Below are positions 17,334 through 28,392 of a DNA stretch of 64,000 nt, one piece after another (position 1 is the first letter of the stretch; every line of letters starts with the position of its first letter). The DNA comes from an uncultured delta proteobacterium (GTDB lineage Bacteria > Desulfobacterota > BSN033 > UBA1163), in NCBI GenBank assembly GCA_963827685.1, contig CAWHBU010000006.1:352001-416000 (forward strand). Reading direction: 5' to 3'. Made by a program: the position numbers and the translations under genes. Below the pieces are notes generated by a model, which was given only the letters and a program-made list of their open reading frames with translations, was not told where the DNA came from and searched no databases.

Positions 17334-19183
17334 CAGTCCATCTCCTCCCTCTTGCCATCTCTCATCCTATATCGTCCTAAGTAACTCGCCTGAATGAACG
17401 TCTGCTCAAAGTTAGGAGCACTGCCTAATTCAATATACTTGACCCCGGAGGCAATGGCTTGGGTCTTCGCCCGCTCGCTAAGGGAGATCAGAGCGAGCTT
17501 GGCTCCCATGCCAGCCGCGTTTCCTACCTGCCGAAAGCGGTTGAGAGGCAGTGATGGCAACATTCCAATGGCCACTGCACTGGCCACATCGATGTAGGTG
17601 CCAAAAGCTCCGGCAATGATCACCTGCTTCATTTCCTCTTCAGAACAACCGTTCGTTTCCAGAAGCACCTGGATGCCGGCGCGAATGGCTGCCTTGGCCA
17701 GCTGCAATTCTCTCACATCGCGTTGAGTGATCGTGATGGCTGGCTGCCCACCCCGTTCCTCCTCACCCACCAACACAAACTCGCGTTGCCCCTTGGAGGT
17801 ACGGACACGTGGATGGTTGTCCATGATCCTACCTCCTTCATCCAGTATTCCAGCCAGATGAAGCTGAGACAGGGCATCAAGTATTCCAGACCCGCAAATA
17901 CCAATGGGCGGCGCTTGATTTATCGTCTGGTACTGAACGCTACCATCTGCTATTCGTAATCGTTCGATCGCTCCTGTGGCAGCCCTCATACCATCCTTGA
18001 TATGACCTCCTTCGAATGCAGGGCCGGAGGCACAGGAGACGGCAGTGATCTCCCCATGGTTGACTAAAGAGACCTCGGTATTCGTCCCGATGTCCAGAGC
18101 CACGATTGGCCCTGCCGCCTGTTCGACTTCCGTTGCCAGCAACATCGCCACGTGGTCGGCACCAACAAAACCAGCGATGTTAGATAAAAGATGAACATAT
18201 GCCCCTGGAGCAATACGTAAGCCCAAGTCCCTTGCCTTAACGTCCAGAGCCCTGCTGACCGCAGGGACAAAGGGAGAGAGAGCAAGTTGCCTGACGGGTA
18301 AGCCGAGAAAAAGGTGGTGCATGGCTGTATTGCCTACGACCACTGCCTCAACAATCGCCTCTGTGTTGACGTTGACCTCAGTACACAGGTCAGCGGAGAG
18401 CTCGTTGATTGCTTCGACAGCCAACTTCTGTATCCGTACGCCTTCATCCGGCGATTGAATGACAACAGTCATACGGCTGATGATATCCTCCCCAAGGCTG
18501 ATCTGGGGATTCATGATTCCTTTGGCTGCTAAGGTCCTGCCGTCGCTCAGGTCAACCAGATAGCCGGCAATCTTGGTTGTGCCCAAGTCTATGGCTAAAC
18601 CCAATGGGTGGCTTGTGCAGGGAACGAGAGCTACCACTTCGTCATTGCGAACTGCAGCCTGGCACTTCCAGTCCCATGACCGCAACTGATCAGAAAGGAC
18701 ACGGAGGGCACCAATATCCACTTTACTGCAGTGTAATGAGTGCTGCTGGTTTAGTGCATCGAGCAGGCGATCGGCATCAGCATGGGGGGCAGACAGGGAA
18801 GGAGCCGAAAGTTGTAAAGCGTAGGCACGGACAGGCGGCTCCGGCTGGACGGCTATCTCTAATCCCTCCACCTGGATCCGCTGTGGGGTTGTCATTGACT
18901 CGGGTGGCACAGTCAATTTGCAGTCACTGATAGGATAAGTCTGACAGGCCAGACGCCAGCCCTCTTTCAATTCTTGAGATGTAAAGGTCTCCAGTTCGTT
19001 TGATGTTGGTTCTGAGACCGTTCCACTTAGAACTTGCACCTTGCATGAATGGCACGTTCCTCTGCCTCCACAGATGCTACTGATTCCCACACCAAGCCGG
19101 CAAGCACAAGCCAAAAGAGACTCGTTCCTCTGACACTTGCCTCTTCGGCCAACTGGCTCAAGATCGATTATACAAACGGCCAT
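17333..19183 (-). CDS. ATP-dependent corrinoid reductive activase (RACo/ASKHA, DUF4445) with 2Fe-2S domain
   Basis: CGGRGTCHSC, DLGTT, DIGTNTE, GPAFEG, GICGSG, LQLAKAAI, AGAFG. Confidence 0.9.
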   Translation of the reverse strand: MAVCIIDLEPVGRRGKCQRNESLLACACRLGVGISSICGGRGTCHSCKVQVLSGTVSEPTSNELETFTSQELKEGWRLACQTYPISDCKLTVPPESMTTPQRIQVEGLEIAVQPEPPVRAYALQLSAPSLSAPHADADRLLDALNQQHSLHCSKVDIGALRVLSDQLRSWDWKCQAAVRNDEVVALVPCTSHPLGLAIDLGTTKIAGYLVDLSDGRTLAAKGIMNPQISLGEDIISRMTVVIQSPDEGVRIQKLAVEAINELSADLCTEVNVNTEAIVEAVVVGNTAMHHLFLGLPVRQLALSPFVPAVSRALDVKARDLGLRIAPGAYVHLLSNIAGFVGADHVAMLLATEVEQAAGPIVALDIGTNTEVSLVNHGEITAVSCASGPAFEGGHIKDGMRAATGAIERLRIADGSVQYQTINQAPPIGICGSGILDALSQLHLAGILDEGGRIMDNHPRVRTSKGQREFVLVGEEERGGQPAITITQRDVRELQLAKAAIRAGIQVLLETNGCSEEEMKQVIIAGAFGTYIDVASAVAIGMLPSLPLNRFRQVGNAAGMGAKLALISLSERAKTQAIASGVKYIELGSAPNFEQTFIQASYLGRYRMRDGKREEMD

Positions 19184-19393
19184 TCTCTTCCTATTTGGGT
19201 TCTATTTTGCTTCTCCACTCACGGATGTTTTCTATAAGGACAGGTCTTCCTGAAGCTACTCGCTTGATAGCCATGCGATTGTACCCATTCAATACATCAG
19301 TGAAACATGACCTCCTTCAAATTAAACTAAAGCTTGGTCTACTTGCTCTTGGCTCTTTCAATATGCACACGACGATATGAACAGGGCTTTGAA

Positions 19394-20137
19394 TTACGGA
19401 TGAGGGGTAATCCCCAACTTAACAAGCAGGCGTGTGACAAATTCCGGTCCATCCGGTTCATACGCAGGAAGAACCCATGGCATATCCCTCAACGCCTGTA
19501 GCATGGAAGGCAGCAAGTCAAAAGGGATAGATACAAGTTGGAGACCTTCCGGAAACAACTTCCTTCGTCTCATGCCGTGGCCAAGACCAGTCACAGTGTA
19601 ATTCAGTTCCCCAGTAAGATATGGATAAATGTAAATCCATGCGCATCCGATCGCAGGCGAGAACTTGCTCGACCACATTTCCCCCGTTCTATAGCTCATT
19701 GCCCTCAGTAAAATTTCTGTTTGGTTGGTCTTGGCGAGGATGATCAAGACATCCGGCTCGAAGGGGAGTTTGTCCAACGGGGAAAAGGCAATATAATTAA
19801 CCACACCTCTCCCTATCTTTGGGATATAATGGTACAGTCTACCGGCGGAACGCGGCTCCTCGAAGATCTTTAACCCGGCTCCGAATGCTCCACTGATAAA
19901 AGGTCCTGGGGCATCTGCCTGACCTAATATATACAGGCCAGCCTCACAGGTATGGTTTTCTGCGTCGGCAAAAAAGGCATTCCCTTTCTGTGCTCTCTTG
20001 AGCATTTCGCAGAGAGCCATCTTTTCGTCGAGCCTCTCGACCTTGTCCGGCCGTTTGGCCAGGAATTTGACGCCTACAGGCGGTACGTCGAAGGCAAATT
20101 TGTCCAATATAGCCAAATCTTTCTTAGTAAGAGTCAT
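19394..20137 (-). CDS. DUF169 family protein
   Basis: PVGVKF...LCEM...HTC.AG...PL.....PDV pattern. Confidence 0.75.
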   Translation of the reverse strand: MTLTKKDLAILDKFAFDVPPVGVKFLAKRPDKVERLDEKMALCEMLKRAQKGNAFFADAENHTCEAGLYILGQADAPGPFISGAFGAGLKIFEEPRSAGRLYHYIPKIGRGVVNYIAFSPLDKLPFEPDVLIILAKTNQTEILLRAMSYRTGEMWSSKFSPAIGCAWIYIYPYLTGELNYTVTGLGHGMRRRKLFPEGLQLVSIPFDLLPSMLQALRDMPWVLPAYEPDGPEFVTRLLVKLGITPHP

Positions 20138-20370
20138 TTAAACCACCTATTGGATGAACAGCAAAATAGCTCGATAGATATCTTTCATTCCAAATCGTAA
20201 TACCTAACGTACGGTAGAGATGAGCTTATCCGACAGAATCATGTTAACTGTTGCATAGCGGGGAGAAATGGTATCCTTTTCGACCGGTAATACCAGAAGC
20301 TATTTTTTGCTCTTTAGTTTCATTGGAGGTTTCCGGGAGCTCTACATACATAGAGCTCCCGAGATCATTG

Positions 20371-21624
20371 TTACTTGCGGGTATAGATGTTGCGTAGGGG
20401 GTAGATACCCACTTTTACCACCTTACCCTTCTGCACTTGGTCAATACGTACCTTATCAACACCCTGGATCTGACCCGGGCCATAGCTCAGCGGTGTACTG
20501 CTTATATCACCGGTGTCAAGCTTTTTAATCTTGTAAAAGCCCTGCTCCAACACGTCTTCCCGCGTGAGCTTTTCAAAGGGTACCTTTTGCACGGCCAACC
20601 GTAACGCCTCAACCTGGATCATGCCCTCAAGGAAACCTCCCTCATACATGATGTGATTGACAAATTTGCCGGGGTGAGACCTCTTCTGCGCTTCGATCAT
20701 GAACTTTACACCTGGGGCAGGATCGTCCCAAGAGGGGAAGCTACCAGCGCAGACATAACCGTCGCCCAGCTCACCCATCGCTCCTGCAAACACGACAGCG
20801 TGACCAGGCGAGGCGACGCCAAAGGTCATCTTGTAGGGTTGATAGGGTCCCATCCCCAGCCTGACCATCTCCTTGACCGTCGGCTGTGAACCGGGGTTGA
20901 TCATAACGCCAAGGGCAAGATCAACACCCTTTTCTTTGAGCCATGTAAGTTGGGTGGTTGGTGGCGAGGTAGGCACGAGAGGCACATACTGGGTACCCAC
21001 AAACTCATAGCCGATCTTCTCGAGATACGCCTTCATCTCCGGTATCTCAATCGACCTGCCCATGGCGTTATCAGCGGTCAGGTAGGCAACCTTTGGCTTT
21101 CTCGCTCCCTTCCAGTTTTCTTTAAACCAGTCGGCGATAGCGGCCAAACAATCGGTATAAATGGGGTAATAGGTGAAGATACTTTGAGGCGGTGTCAGGA
21201 GGTACGGTCCGGTGGCCATACTCGTGGCGCCCATATGGTCCTCCCATAATCTGTCTTTAAGTGCCAGCGCTATCGGTGACCCCGATATCCTGTAGACCAG
21301 CATACCCTTAGCCTTGAGCTCCTCATAGATTGGCAGCGCCTTAGCAGGTTTGAGCTCATCATCCCGCCACATCACTTCCAAGGTGATATCGGCGGGAAAT
21401 TTCTCTTTTCGCCACGGAGCCAATTTTTTTGTCTCATTTACATATTTGACATAATCCTCAATGGCAGACAGCACTGCCGCCGAATCCTCAGCAAAGGGCC
21501 CGGTTAGCGACTGAGTGCCGCCGACATAGAGTGTTTTTGCGGCATGGGCGCTAACAGACAATAACGATGTTGCCGCCATTAAAACCATTGTGCTAACTGC
21601 TAATATCCATCTCATTTTAGCCAT
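20371..21624 (-). CDS. ABC transporter substrate-binding protein (Liv/HAAT type)
   Basis: Signal peptide, SLTGPFA motif, operon context. Confidence 0.85.
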   Translation of the reverse strand: MAKMRWILAVSTMVLMAATSLLSVSAHAAKTLYVGGTQSLTGPFAEDSAAVLSAIEDYVKYVNETKKLAPWRKEKFPADITLEVMWRDDELKPAKALPIYEELKAKGMLVYRISGSPIALALKDRLWEDHMGATSMATGPYLLTPPQSIFTYYPIYTDCLAAIADWFKENWKGARKPKVAYLTADNAMGRSIEIPEMKAYLEKIGYEFVGTQYVPLVPTSPPTTQLTWLKEKGVDLALGVMINPGSQPTVKEMVRLGMGPYQPYKMTFGVASPGHAVVFAGAMGELGDGYVCAGSFPSWDDPAPGVKFMIEAQKRSHPGKFVNHIMYEGGFLEGMIQVEALRLAVQKVPFEKLTREDVLEQGFYKIKKLDTGDISSTPLSYGPGQIQGVDKVRIDQVQKGKVVKVGIYPLRNIYTRK

Positions 21625-21771
21625 GTCCTTCCTCCTTTCCAATCTAATGTATGATTTCGTTTACACCCCCAATCAACCTCGTTCAAACCTTAAACCTTTG
21701 CACCTCCTTTCCCTTCTTTAATTCTAAAAACGATACATGGGGCATTCAGTGAAATTGTATCTCACCGCCTC

Positions 21772-22827
21772 TCACTCTGATACTTCATGGGAGAAGGGCC
21801 AAAGCCTGAAGTAGGCCTTGATCATCTCCCAGCGGTGATGAAGCCCCCGGGGTTCAAAAATGAGGAAGAGGATGATGATCAATCCGTGGGAGATGAGGGC
21901 CAACGAGGCGGCTGCCTGGGGAGCAACGGCTGCGGATAGAATGGGGCCCGCCATGGTAACCAGCTCATCCAGCAGCTTGAGGGCAACGGCACCAAAGATA
22001 GCCCCCGTCATACTGCCCATACCTCCCACGATGAGCATCCCCAGATACCAGACTGAATCCATAAAGGGAAACTGGTCTGTACTGGCGAAACTAAAGTAGT
22101 GAACGAGCAGTGACCCGGCCACTCCGGCATAGACACAGCCGATGAAGAATGCCTGTAACTTATAACTCCAGAGACTAATCCCCATGACCTCAGCCGCCAG
22201 GTCGTTATCACGGATGGCGATGAAGGCCCTGCCTGCCCTGGTCCGCACTATGTTTTTAGCCAGGAGCGTGGCCAGGCAGGTCAATACCATGACCAGGTAG
22301 AAATAGTTGGCCTTGGAACTTAGCACGATGCCACCTATCGTGGGTGTAGGTACGCTTAAACCATCAGGACCACCGGTGATGCTGCGGAGTTGGATGATGG
22401 TCCAGATGATGATAAACTGTGCGGCGATGGTCGCCATGATGAGGTAGAAGCCCTTGATCTTTAAGGATGGCAGCCCGAAGATCAAGCCTGTTATGCCCGC
22501 AGCAAGGGCAGCACAGGGGAGGGCCGCCCAGAACGGCAAGCCAAGCTTGGCGCACAAAATAGCCGAGGTATAACCACCGACTGCCATAAAGCCCGCATGC
22601 CCTATGGAGATTTGACCGCAAAATCCGGTGAGAATATTGAGCCCGTGGACGCTGATCACAGCAATACCCATCATGGTCATTATGGTCAGCATCCTGTCAC
22701 TGGAAAAGAGGGGGCAGGCGAAAAGAACGATGAGGAAGGCAAATAAAACTCCCCGGTGCAGCTTCGTGTGGAAGATAGCCATATCCTGCGCATAATTCTC
22801 GTGGAAGCTTCCGGAGCGTAGGCCCAT
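21772..22827 (-). CDS. Liv-type ABC permease (LivM-like)
   Basis: GLNILTGFCGQISIGHAGF, GRAFIAIRDNDLAA. Confidence 0.9.
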   Translation of the reverse strand: MGLRSGSFHENYAQDMAIFHTKLHRGVLFAFLIVLFACPLFSSDRMLTIMTMMGIAVISVHGLNILTGFCGQISIGHAGFMAVGGYTSAILCAKLGLPFWAALPCAALAAGITGLIFGLPSLKIKGFYLIMATIAAQFIIIWTIIQLRSITGGPDGLSVPTPTIGGIVLSSKANYFYLVMVLTCLATLLAKNIVRTRAGRAFIAIRDNDLAAEVMGISLWSYKLQAFFIGCVYAGVAGSLLVHYFSFASTDQFPFMDSVWYLGMLIVGGMGSMTGAIFGAVALKLLDELVTMAGPILSAAVAPQAAASLALISHGLIIILFLIFEPRGLHHRWEMIKAYFRLWPFSHEVSE

Positions 22828-22830
22828 GGG

Positions 22831-23718
22831 TTAAACCCTTTCTATCCTGGACAGACCAAATAGCCCGTACGGCCTGAAGATGAGCACAATAATCATAACA
22901 AAAAATGGGAATACCTTAGCCAGTCCACCGCCGGGCAGGAGTGGATCCAGGTACCCGGCCGCTACATTCTCCAGCATACCCAGTATGATTCCGGCTACAA
23001 TGGCCCCGCCGATGGAGTTTGCCCCACCCAACAGCACGACGGCGAATGCTTTGAGGCCGACTTCAGCGAGTTCCATATTCGCGCCAGAAACGCCCCCCAA
23101 AAGGATACCGCCGATGACACCGACAACAGAGGCAATAACCCATGAGACGGCATAGACTGTCGTTGCCCTGATACCCACACTCTGCACCACCTGCAGATCC
23201 TCGGCAGTGGCCCTCATCGCTAATCCAATCTTTGTATAGCGAAAGAAAAGCATGAGTATCGTGACTGTAGCAATAGACACGATGAGTCCAATCAATGATT
23301 CTGAGGGTACGGATATCGCGTCTACCTTTAGGGTTATTGTCGGCAGTAATCCATGGTAAGCCTTATATTCGGCACCCCAGATCAGGGTTGCCAGCCCTTC
23401 CAATACCGTGGCGAGGGCTATGGTCACCATGATGATCGCAAGTATTGGTTGACCCACCAGAGGGCGGAGGGTAAAGCGTTCTATTGCCAGGCCCATGAGG
23501 ACTGCCGTGGCGATCGCCATGCCGAGGGCGGCCCATATCGGTAGGCCGAACGGCACTAAGAAGGTATAGCCGAGATAGCCACCGATCAAAACAAAGTGTC
23601 CCTGGGCAATGTTAAACACCTCAGAGCATTTAAGAATGATCACAAACCCTATAGCAATAAGGGCATAGATCATGCCGAGAGCAAAACCAGTTACGACTAA
23701 TTGGAGAAAGAAAGTCAT
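22831..23718 (-). CDS. Liv-type ABC permease (LivH-like)
   Basis: YALIAIGF...FNIAQG, GLAMRATAED. Confidence 0.9.
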   Translation of the reverse strand: MTFFLQLVVTGFALGMIYALIAIGFVIILKCSEVFNIAQGHFVLIGGYLGYTFLVPFGLPIWAALGMAIATAVLMGLAIERFTLRPLVGQPILAIIMVTIALATVLEGLATLIWGAEYKAYHGLLPTITLKVDAISVPSESLIGLIVSIATVTILMLFFRYTKIGLAMRATAEDLQVVQSVGIRATTVYAVSWVIASVVGVIGGILLGGVSGANMELAEVGLKAFAVVLLGGANSIGGAIVAGIILGMLENVAAGYLDPLLPGGGLAKVFPFFVMIIVLIFRPYGLFGLSRIERV

Positions 23719-25646
23719 AAGGCAGCCCCTCCAACAGACTTGATGCTTAGAATCGTCTTGATCGTCTCCACTCGGCTACCCCGGTATCTGACCTGAGCTT
23801 CTATGGGCACCTCGGTTTTATCCTCATAGATCGCATCGATCAGCTCGCGGTAGCGCTCTTCCAAAAATGTCTTTCTCAGCTTCCTGTTTCGGGTGAGCTC
23901 ACCTTCATCAGGATCGAATTCCTTGTGTAGATTGACATATTTCCTTACCCTGGCCCCAGGAGACAATGTGCTGTTTATTCGATCGATCTCTTGCTCCACC
24001 AGCTCATAAACCTCCGGCTTCTGGGAAAGCTCGGCGAAGGTACTATAAGCCACCCTCCTTTGTCCAGCCCATCTGCTGACATTCGCATAGTTAATGACGA
24101 TGATGGCCGAGGCGTACTCCCTCTTTGGACCGGCGAATACCCATGCGTCCTTAATGTAAGGGCTGAACCTCAGTCGGCTCTCGATAAATTGGGGGGCCAA
24201 TTTATCGCCACAGGCTAATTCGACAAGGTCCCCTACCCTATCCACAAATATAACGTGCCCTTCCTCATTAATGAAACAGCTATCTCCACTACAAAACCAC
24301 CCATCTTTCAGCACCTCAGCCGTCTTCTCCGGATCCTTATAGTAACCGACAAAAACACCAGGCTGCCGATAGATGAGTTCACCGTTATCGGCTATTTTTA
24401 CCTCTGTCCCCTCGTGAACAGGACCTACGGTCTCTAAACGGATATCATCATCCCTGGTGCCAGTGAGAGCTCCTCCCTCCGTTGTCCCGTACACGCTTTT
24501 GAGAGGAAGTCTTAAAGCATGGTAGAAACTGAAGGCATCGGAGCTGAGCATAGCACCGGTGGTATAGCAGATCCTGGCATTTGACAGACCAAGGCTGCTT
24601 CGGATGGGTCTAAATAGGATGATGTCAGCCAGGGGATAGAGTACTTTTAAGAACAGGTTTGGCTTTTTCTTTTGAAACTTTGGAGCGGCCACCTTATAAC
24701 CAATTGGCATGAGCAGGCGGAAAGCGAACCTTTGGATGGCGTCAGCGCCAAGAATCTGTGCCTGAAGGGTAGCGGCCTGACTTTCCCATATCCGAGCTCC
24801 GTAAAATACAATGCTTGGTTCTGTTTCCCTCGTGTCCCGCTGTTGGGTTTCCGGCGCTTCAGCAAAGTTCAGGATGCACCCCGATAGCAGATGGCAGCCG
24901 ATCCCAAACCATTGCTCGGTCATCCAAGCGGGTGGCAGGTAGGGAACAACATTATCATTCTCATACCATGGATCGAGATGTAAGTGATAGTTGGCGCCTG
25001 CCCTCATCGTCTTATAGGTGTGGACAGCTCCTTTAGGTACGCCGGTGGTTCCAGAGGTGTAGACCAGGGCGCAGATATCATCCGCTTTGCCGGTTTCCAG
25101 ATTCTGTTCAAAGAGTCCGGGGTGTTCTTCTTCATATTTTTCTCCCAGTTGCAGCAATTGCCTGTATCCCATCAAAATGGGATCATGATAGTGGGCGAGT
25201 CCCTTATAGCTCCAGTAAGTTAGCTTCTTGAGTAGGGGAAGCTCATCCTTGATTTGGAGAAACTTATCCACCTGCTCCTGATTTTCAACGATAGCAAATC
25301 TCGCCTCGGAATTTTCGGCGATGTGTTTTATCTCCAATGGAGTTAAATCTGAATACAATCCCACTGAAGCTCCATGGTTAGCCTGGGCTGCCAGCTCAGC
25401 ATAATACCAGTGTGGGGCATTGTCTCCAATAATAAGCAGCTTATCTCCAGGTTCAAAGCCGAGGGATAGCAAACCAAGGGCCAGGTATTTGACATTGAAA
25501 TAGTAGTCCTTCCACGTATAAGGCTGCCAGATACCGTAACGCTTATAACGCATGGCTCTATGGCCATCCCCATACTTCTCATAGTTATATTTGAGTACTT
25601 TGGGCCAGGTATCACCCTTTTCTCTGTAGACTTGGTCCGTAGTCAT
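23715..25646 (-). CDS. Long-chain acyl-CoA synthetase (AMP-binding) embedded in the ABC operon
   Basis: YTSGTTGVPKG, YGTTE, GELTRNRKLR. Confidence 0.88.
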   Translation of the reverse strand: MTTDQVYREKGDTWPKVLKYNYEKYGDGHRAMRYKRYGIWQPYTWKDYYFNVKYLALGLLSLGFEPGDKLLIIGDNAPHWYYAELAAQANHGASVGLYSDLTPLEIKHIAENSEARFAIVENQEQVDKFLQIKDELPLLKKLTYWSYKGLAHYHDPILMGYRQLLQLGEKYEEEHPGLFEQNLETGKADDICALVYTSGTTGVPKGAVHTYKTMRAGANYHLHLDPWYENDNVVPYLPPAWMTEQWFGIGCHLLSGCILNFAEAPETQQRDTRETEPSIVFYGARIWESQAATLQAQILGADAIQRFAFRLLMPIGYKVAAPKFQKKKPNLFLKVLYPLADIILFRPIRSSLGLSNARICYTTGAMLSSDAFSFYHALRLPLKSVYGTTEGGALTGTRDDDIRLETVGPVHEGTEVKIADNGELIYRQPGVFVGYYKDPEKTAEVLKDGWFCSGDSCFINEEGHVIFVDRVGDLVELACGDKLAPQFIESRLRFSPYIKDAWVFAGPKREYASAIIVINYANVSRWAGQRRVAYSTFAELSQKPEVYELVEQEIDRINSTLSPGARVRKYVNLHKEFDPDEGELTRNRKLRKTFLEERYRELIDAIYEDKTEVPIEAQVRYRGSRVETIKTILSIKSVGGAAL

Positions 25647-25734
25647 TATCTTTACGATCTTCCTCAATAATTTTTGATCCCCCCTCGCCCCCCCCTTTAG
25701 AAAAGGGGGGATGGGGGGATTTGAAAATTATTTT

Positions 25735-26529
25735 CTAGGCCAGCCACCGCTTCCTTCGCCGGTAGTGCTTAACTTCACGATAGCTCTTTTTGGAGCCAAC
25801 TGCCGATAGTCCCAGATAGAATTCCCGAACATCCTCATTGTCCCTTAACTTCTCAGCCGGGCCGGATAGAACTACCCTGCCATTCTCCATCACATAGCCA
25901 TAGTCAGCGATACCCAGGGCTGCCCTGACATTTTGCTCTACAAGGAGTATTGACATCTTTTGCTCTGCGTTGATTCTCTGGATAATTTGATAGATGTCTT
26001 CCACCAGCAATGGGGCAAGACCGAGTGAAGGCTCATCAAGAAGCATGAGCTTAGGACGTGCCATGAGCGCTCGCCCTATCACCAACATCTGCTGTTCCCC
26101 GCCAGACAGATAGCCGCTCACGTGGCGGCGGAGGTCTTTAATCTTAGGAAGGTAACCGAAGACCAGTTCCAGATCCCTCTTGACTCCAGCCCGGTCTTTG
26201 CGGCAGTAAGCACCCACCAATAAATTCTCTTCAACACTGAGGTGCTCAAGAACCCTTCGTCCCTCCATGGCCTGGCTTATGCCCATAGCGGCAATATCCT
26301 CAGGACCATACCTGTCTATTCTCTTGCCGTCAAATTCAATGCTGCCGTCCGTCACATCTCCCTCTTCTGTCTTGAGCATTCCTGATATTGCCTTTAGTGT
26401 CGTCGTCTTGCCCGCGCCATTGGCCCCGAGCAGGGCAACCATCTTGCCGTCACCTACCTCGAGTGAAACGCCTCGCAGCACCTGAATTACATTCATATAG
26501 ACAACTTCAATATTGTTTACTTGGAGCAT
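25735..26529 (-). CDS. ABC ATP-binding protein (LivF-like)
   Basis: GANGAGKTT, LSGGEQQM, LLDEPSLGLAP. Confidence 0.92.
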   Translation of the reverse strand: MLQVNNIEVVYMNVIQVLRGVSLEVGDGKMVALLGANGAGKTTTLKAISGMLKTEEGDVTDGSIEFDGKRIDRYGPEDIAAMGISQAMEGRRVLEHLSVEENLLVGAYCRKDRAGVKRDLELVFGYLPKIKDLRRHVSGYLSGGEQQMLVIGRALMARPKLMLLDEPSLGLAPLLVEDIYQIIQRINAEQKMSILLVEQNVRAALGIADYGYVMENGRVVLSGPAEKLRDNEDVREFYLGLSAVGSKKSYREVKHYRRRKRWLA

Positions 26530-26551
26530 TATTCCTACTCTACATGAAAGA

Positions 26552-26646
26552 AATCAGGAGTTAGAATGCAGAATACAGAATTCAGAATAAGAATCTTAAT
26601 CTTTTGGCCTTCTCTCCTGGATTCTGTCTCCTGTATTCTGGATTCT
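26552..26646. repeat. Inverted array of degenerate heptamers (CAGAAT.. / ..ATTCTG)
   Basis: ttagaat gcagaat acagaat tcagaat ... attctgt ctcctgt attctgg attct. Confidence 0.55.
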
Positions 26647-26703
26647 TTCATCTTTCGTTATAACCATAGTCGTTTATATGAAAGAAGGGATTACGGTCCA
26701 TGC

Positions 26704-27525
26704 TTATTTTCCTTTCCCTAGGTAAGCACTGATCACATCGGGATTCATGCTAATTTCAGCAGGAGTGCCCTCGGCAATCTTGCGGCCGAAATCGAGGACG
26801 ATGATCCTGTCCGCAATGTCCATCACGACCCCCATATCATGTTCGACGAGGATAATACAACGAATGCCATCCCTCAGGACGGGTGTATCAGGATAGGTGG
26901 CTCCTTGACCTTCGAATACATCAATAATAAATCGAGCAATATCCTCCTTCTCCTCCAGGTTCATCCCTGCCATAGGCTCATCAAGAAGCAGAACCTTCGG
27001 CTCCAGGGCTAACGCCCTTGCCAGCTCCACCCTCTTTCGCATCCCGTAGGGAAGAAGGCCAACGACCTTTTTTCTAATGGGAGCGATCTCCAAAAAATCG
27101 ATAATCTCTTCGACGGTCTGGCGGTGCTTGATTTCCTCGTTAAGTGCCCATCCAACGTATAGCCCGCCAGCGATGAAGCTTTGCCGCATGAGCGCGTGTC
27201 GAGCGGCCATAATGTTATCTTGAGTGCTCAGTCCGGTATAGAGTTCGATGTTTTGGAAGGTTCTTGCAATGCCGAGTTTAGCCAGCTTGTCCGGCCGCAT
27301 CCGGGTAATCCTTTTTCCATCGTAGTATATCTCGCCCCTTTGAGGTTTATAGAAACCGTTGATGCAGTTGAGGAGGGCAGTCTTGCCAGCACCATTAGGC
27401 CCGATGATAGCAAGGATCTCTCTATCCCTGATCTCCATGCTTACGTCAGCAAGGGCACTGACACCGCCAAAGCTGAGCAAAAGGTTATCAATCCGTAATC
27501 TGACTTGACAAGCTGGCTTTTTCAT
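26704..27525 (-). CDS. ABC ATP-binding protein (LivG-like)
   Basis: GPNGAGKT, ARTFQN, LPYG..KRVELARAL. Confidence 0.92.
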   Translation of the reverse strand: MKKPACQVRLRIDNLLLSFGGVSALADVSMEIRDREILAIIGPNGAGKTALLNCINGFYKPQRGEIYYDGKRITRMRPDKLAKLGIARTFQNIELYTGLSTQDNIMAARHALMRQSFIAGGLYVGWALNEEIKHRQTVEEIIDFLEIAPIRKKVVGLLPYGMRKRVELARALALEPKVLLLDEPMAGMNLEEKEDIARFIIDVFEGQGATYPDTPVLRDGIRCIILVEHDMGVVMDIADRIIVLDFGRKIAEGTPAEISMNPDVISAYLGKGK

Positions 27526-27666
27526 GAAGTAAGAGTACTACAGACTACCTAAATATTCCAACTTTTTTTAGATTTGTATTCGTCACATACAATAAAACAG
27601 CTTTGCCCTGAACAACGAGTATATCTTTGTAGGCAGTTGCCATACCGTCTAGCGGACCATTACATC

Positions 27667-28315
27667 TCAAATTTCTAACCAGTCGTTATGCTTTTTGTAA
27701 AATGTGACCGCGTCTCCCGCTGTTACGTTTATCAAATCCTCCTTATTGAAGTTCGTCCTTGCGGAGCGGCCAATTTTTGCAGGAGTACCCTTTGCCAAGG
27801 CTCCTTCGCATACCATTTTGCTGATTTCCGCACATTTCACACGGGAAAGCACTGGGGACGTAATAGAGGCGGTGAAGGTGCCCTTCTTGCCAAGCTTCAG
27901 AGTCCCCGGTACGATCCGAAGTGTAGCCGGAATGATCACCACGCAGGTGAAATCCGCAGCACCGCCGATAATCCCCTCTCCCCTTGAGATCTCACCTCCA
28001 TAACCTGTGGGTTCAAACCGTTTTACGATCTGCGTACCGAACAGTAAGACTCCCTTCTGTCTCCAATTCTCCATCAAAGAGACCGACATCTCCAGACCTA
28101 AGCCAGCCATTGTTCCAGAAGGCAGCCCGCGTATCTTGGGGATTGTTAAGGTAAGCCTTCATGGTATCATGCCCACGAATACAGATCTTACCTTCCCGGC
28201 CTTGTTCCAACTTATTCTCATCCTTGCCCCTGATCTGAACCTCCACACCGGGCACAAATGAATCAATTTCTAACCTATTGGAAATATTCATAAAATGTTT
28301 TGAAAGCCTATCCAT
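27667..28315 (-). pseudogene. Chimeric gene relic: internal acyl-CoA ligase fragment joined to an unrelated fragment
   Basis: PGVEVQI...GKICIRG..TMKAYLNNP..T...GWLRSGDVG is an internal AMP-ligase segment with no N- or C-terminal domains. Confidence 0.6.
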
Positions 28316-28342
28316 AAAAAAATTCTTGGAATGGCAAATTTT

Positions 28343-28375
28343 TTGGTATAATATTAGACCAATCAGTATTTGTCA
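28343..28375 (-). promoter_or_regulatory. Sigma70 promoter overlapped by a GntR/FadR-like operator
   Basis: TTGACA-17 bp-TATTAT; TTGGT...ACCAA dyad; ATATTAGACCAAT recurs at ~43950. Confidence 0.6.
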
Positions 28376-28392
28376 AGAAAAATATTTTCTTG

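Noticed and set aside
27574-27592. TTGTAT-N7-ATACAA dyad upstream of the first ABC operon
   Set aside because: Plausible operator, but a single short instance with no supporting copy, so it was not called.
28376-28392. dif/Xer site as target of the IS1202-family elements
   Set aside because: No XerC/XerD 11-6-11 arrangement; the 15-bp repeat does not match the short-repeat, Xer-targeting subgroup.
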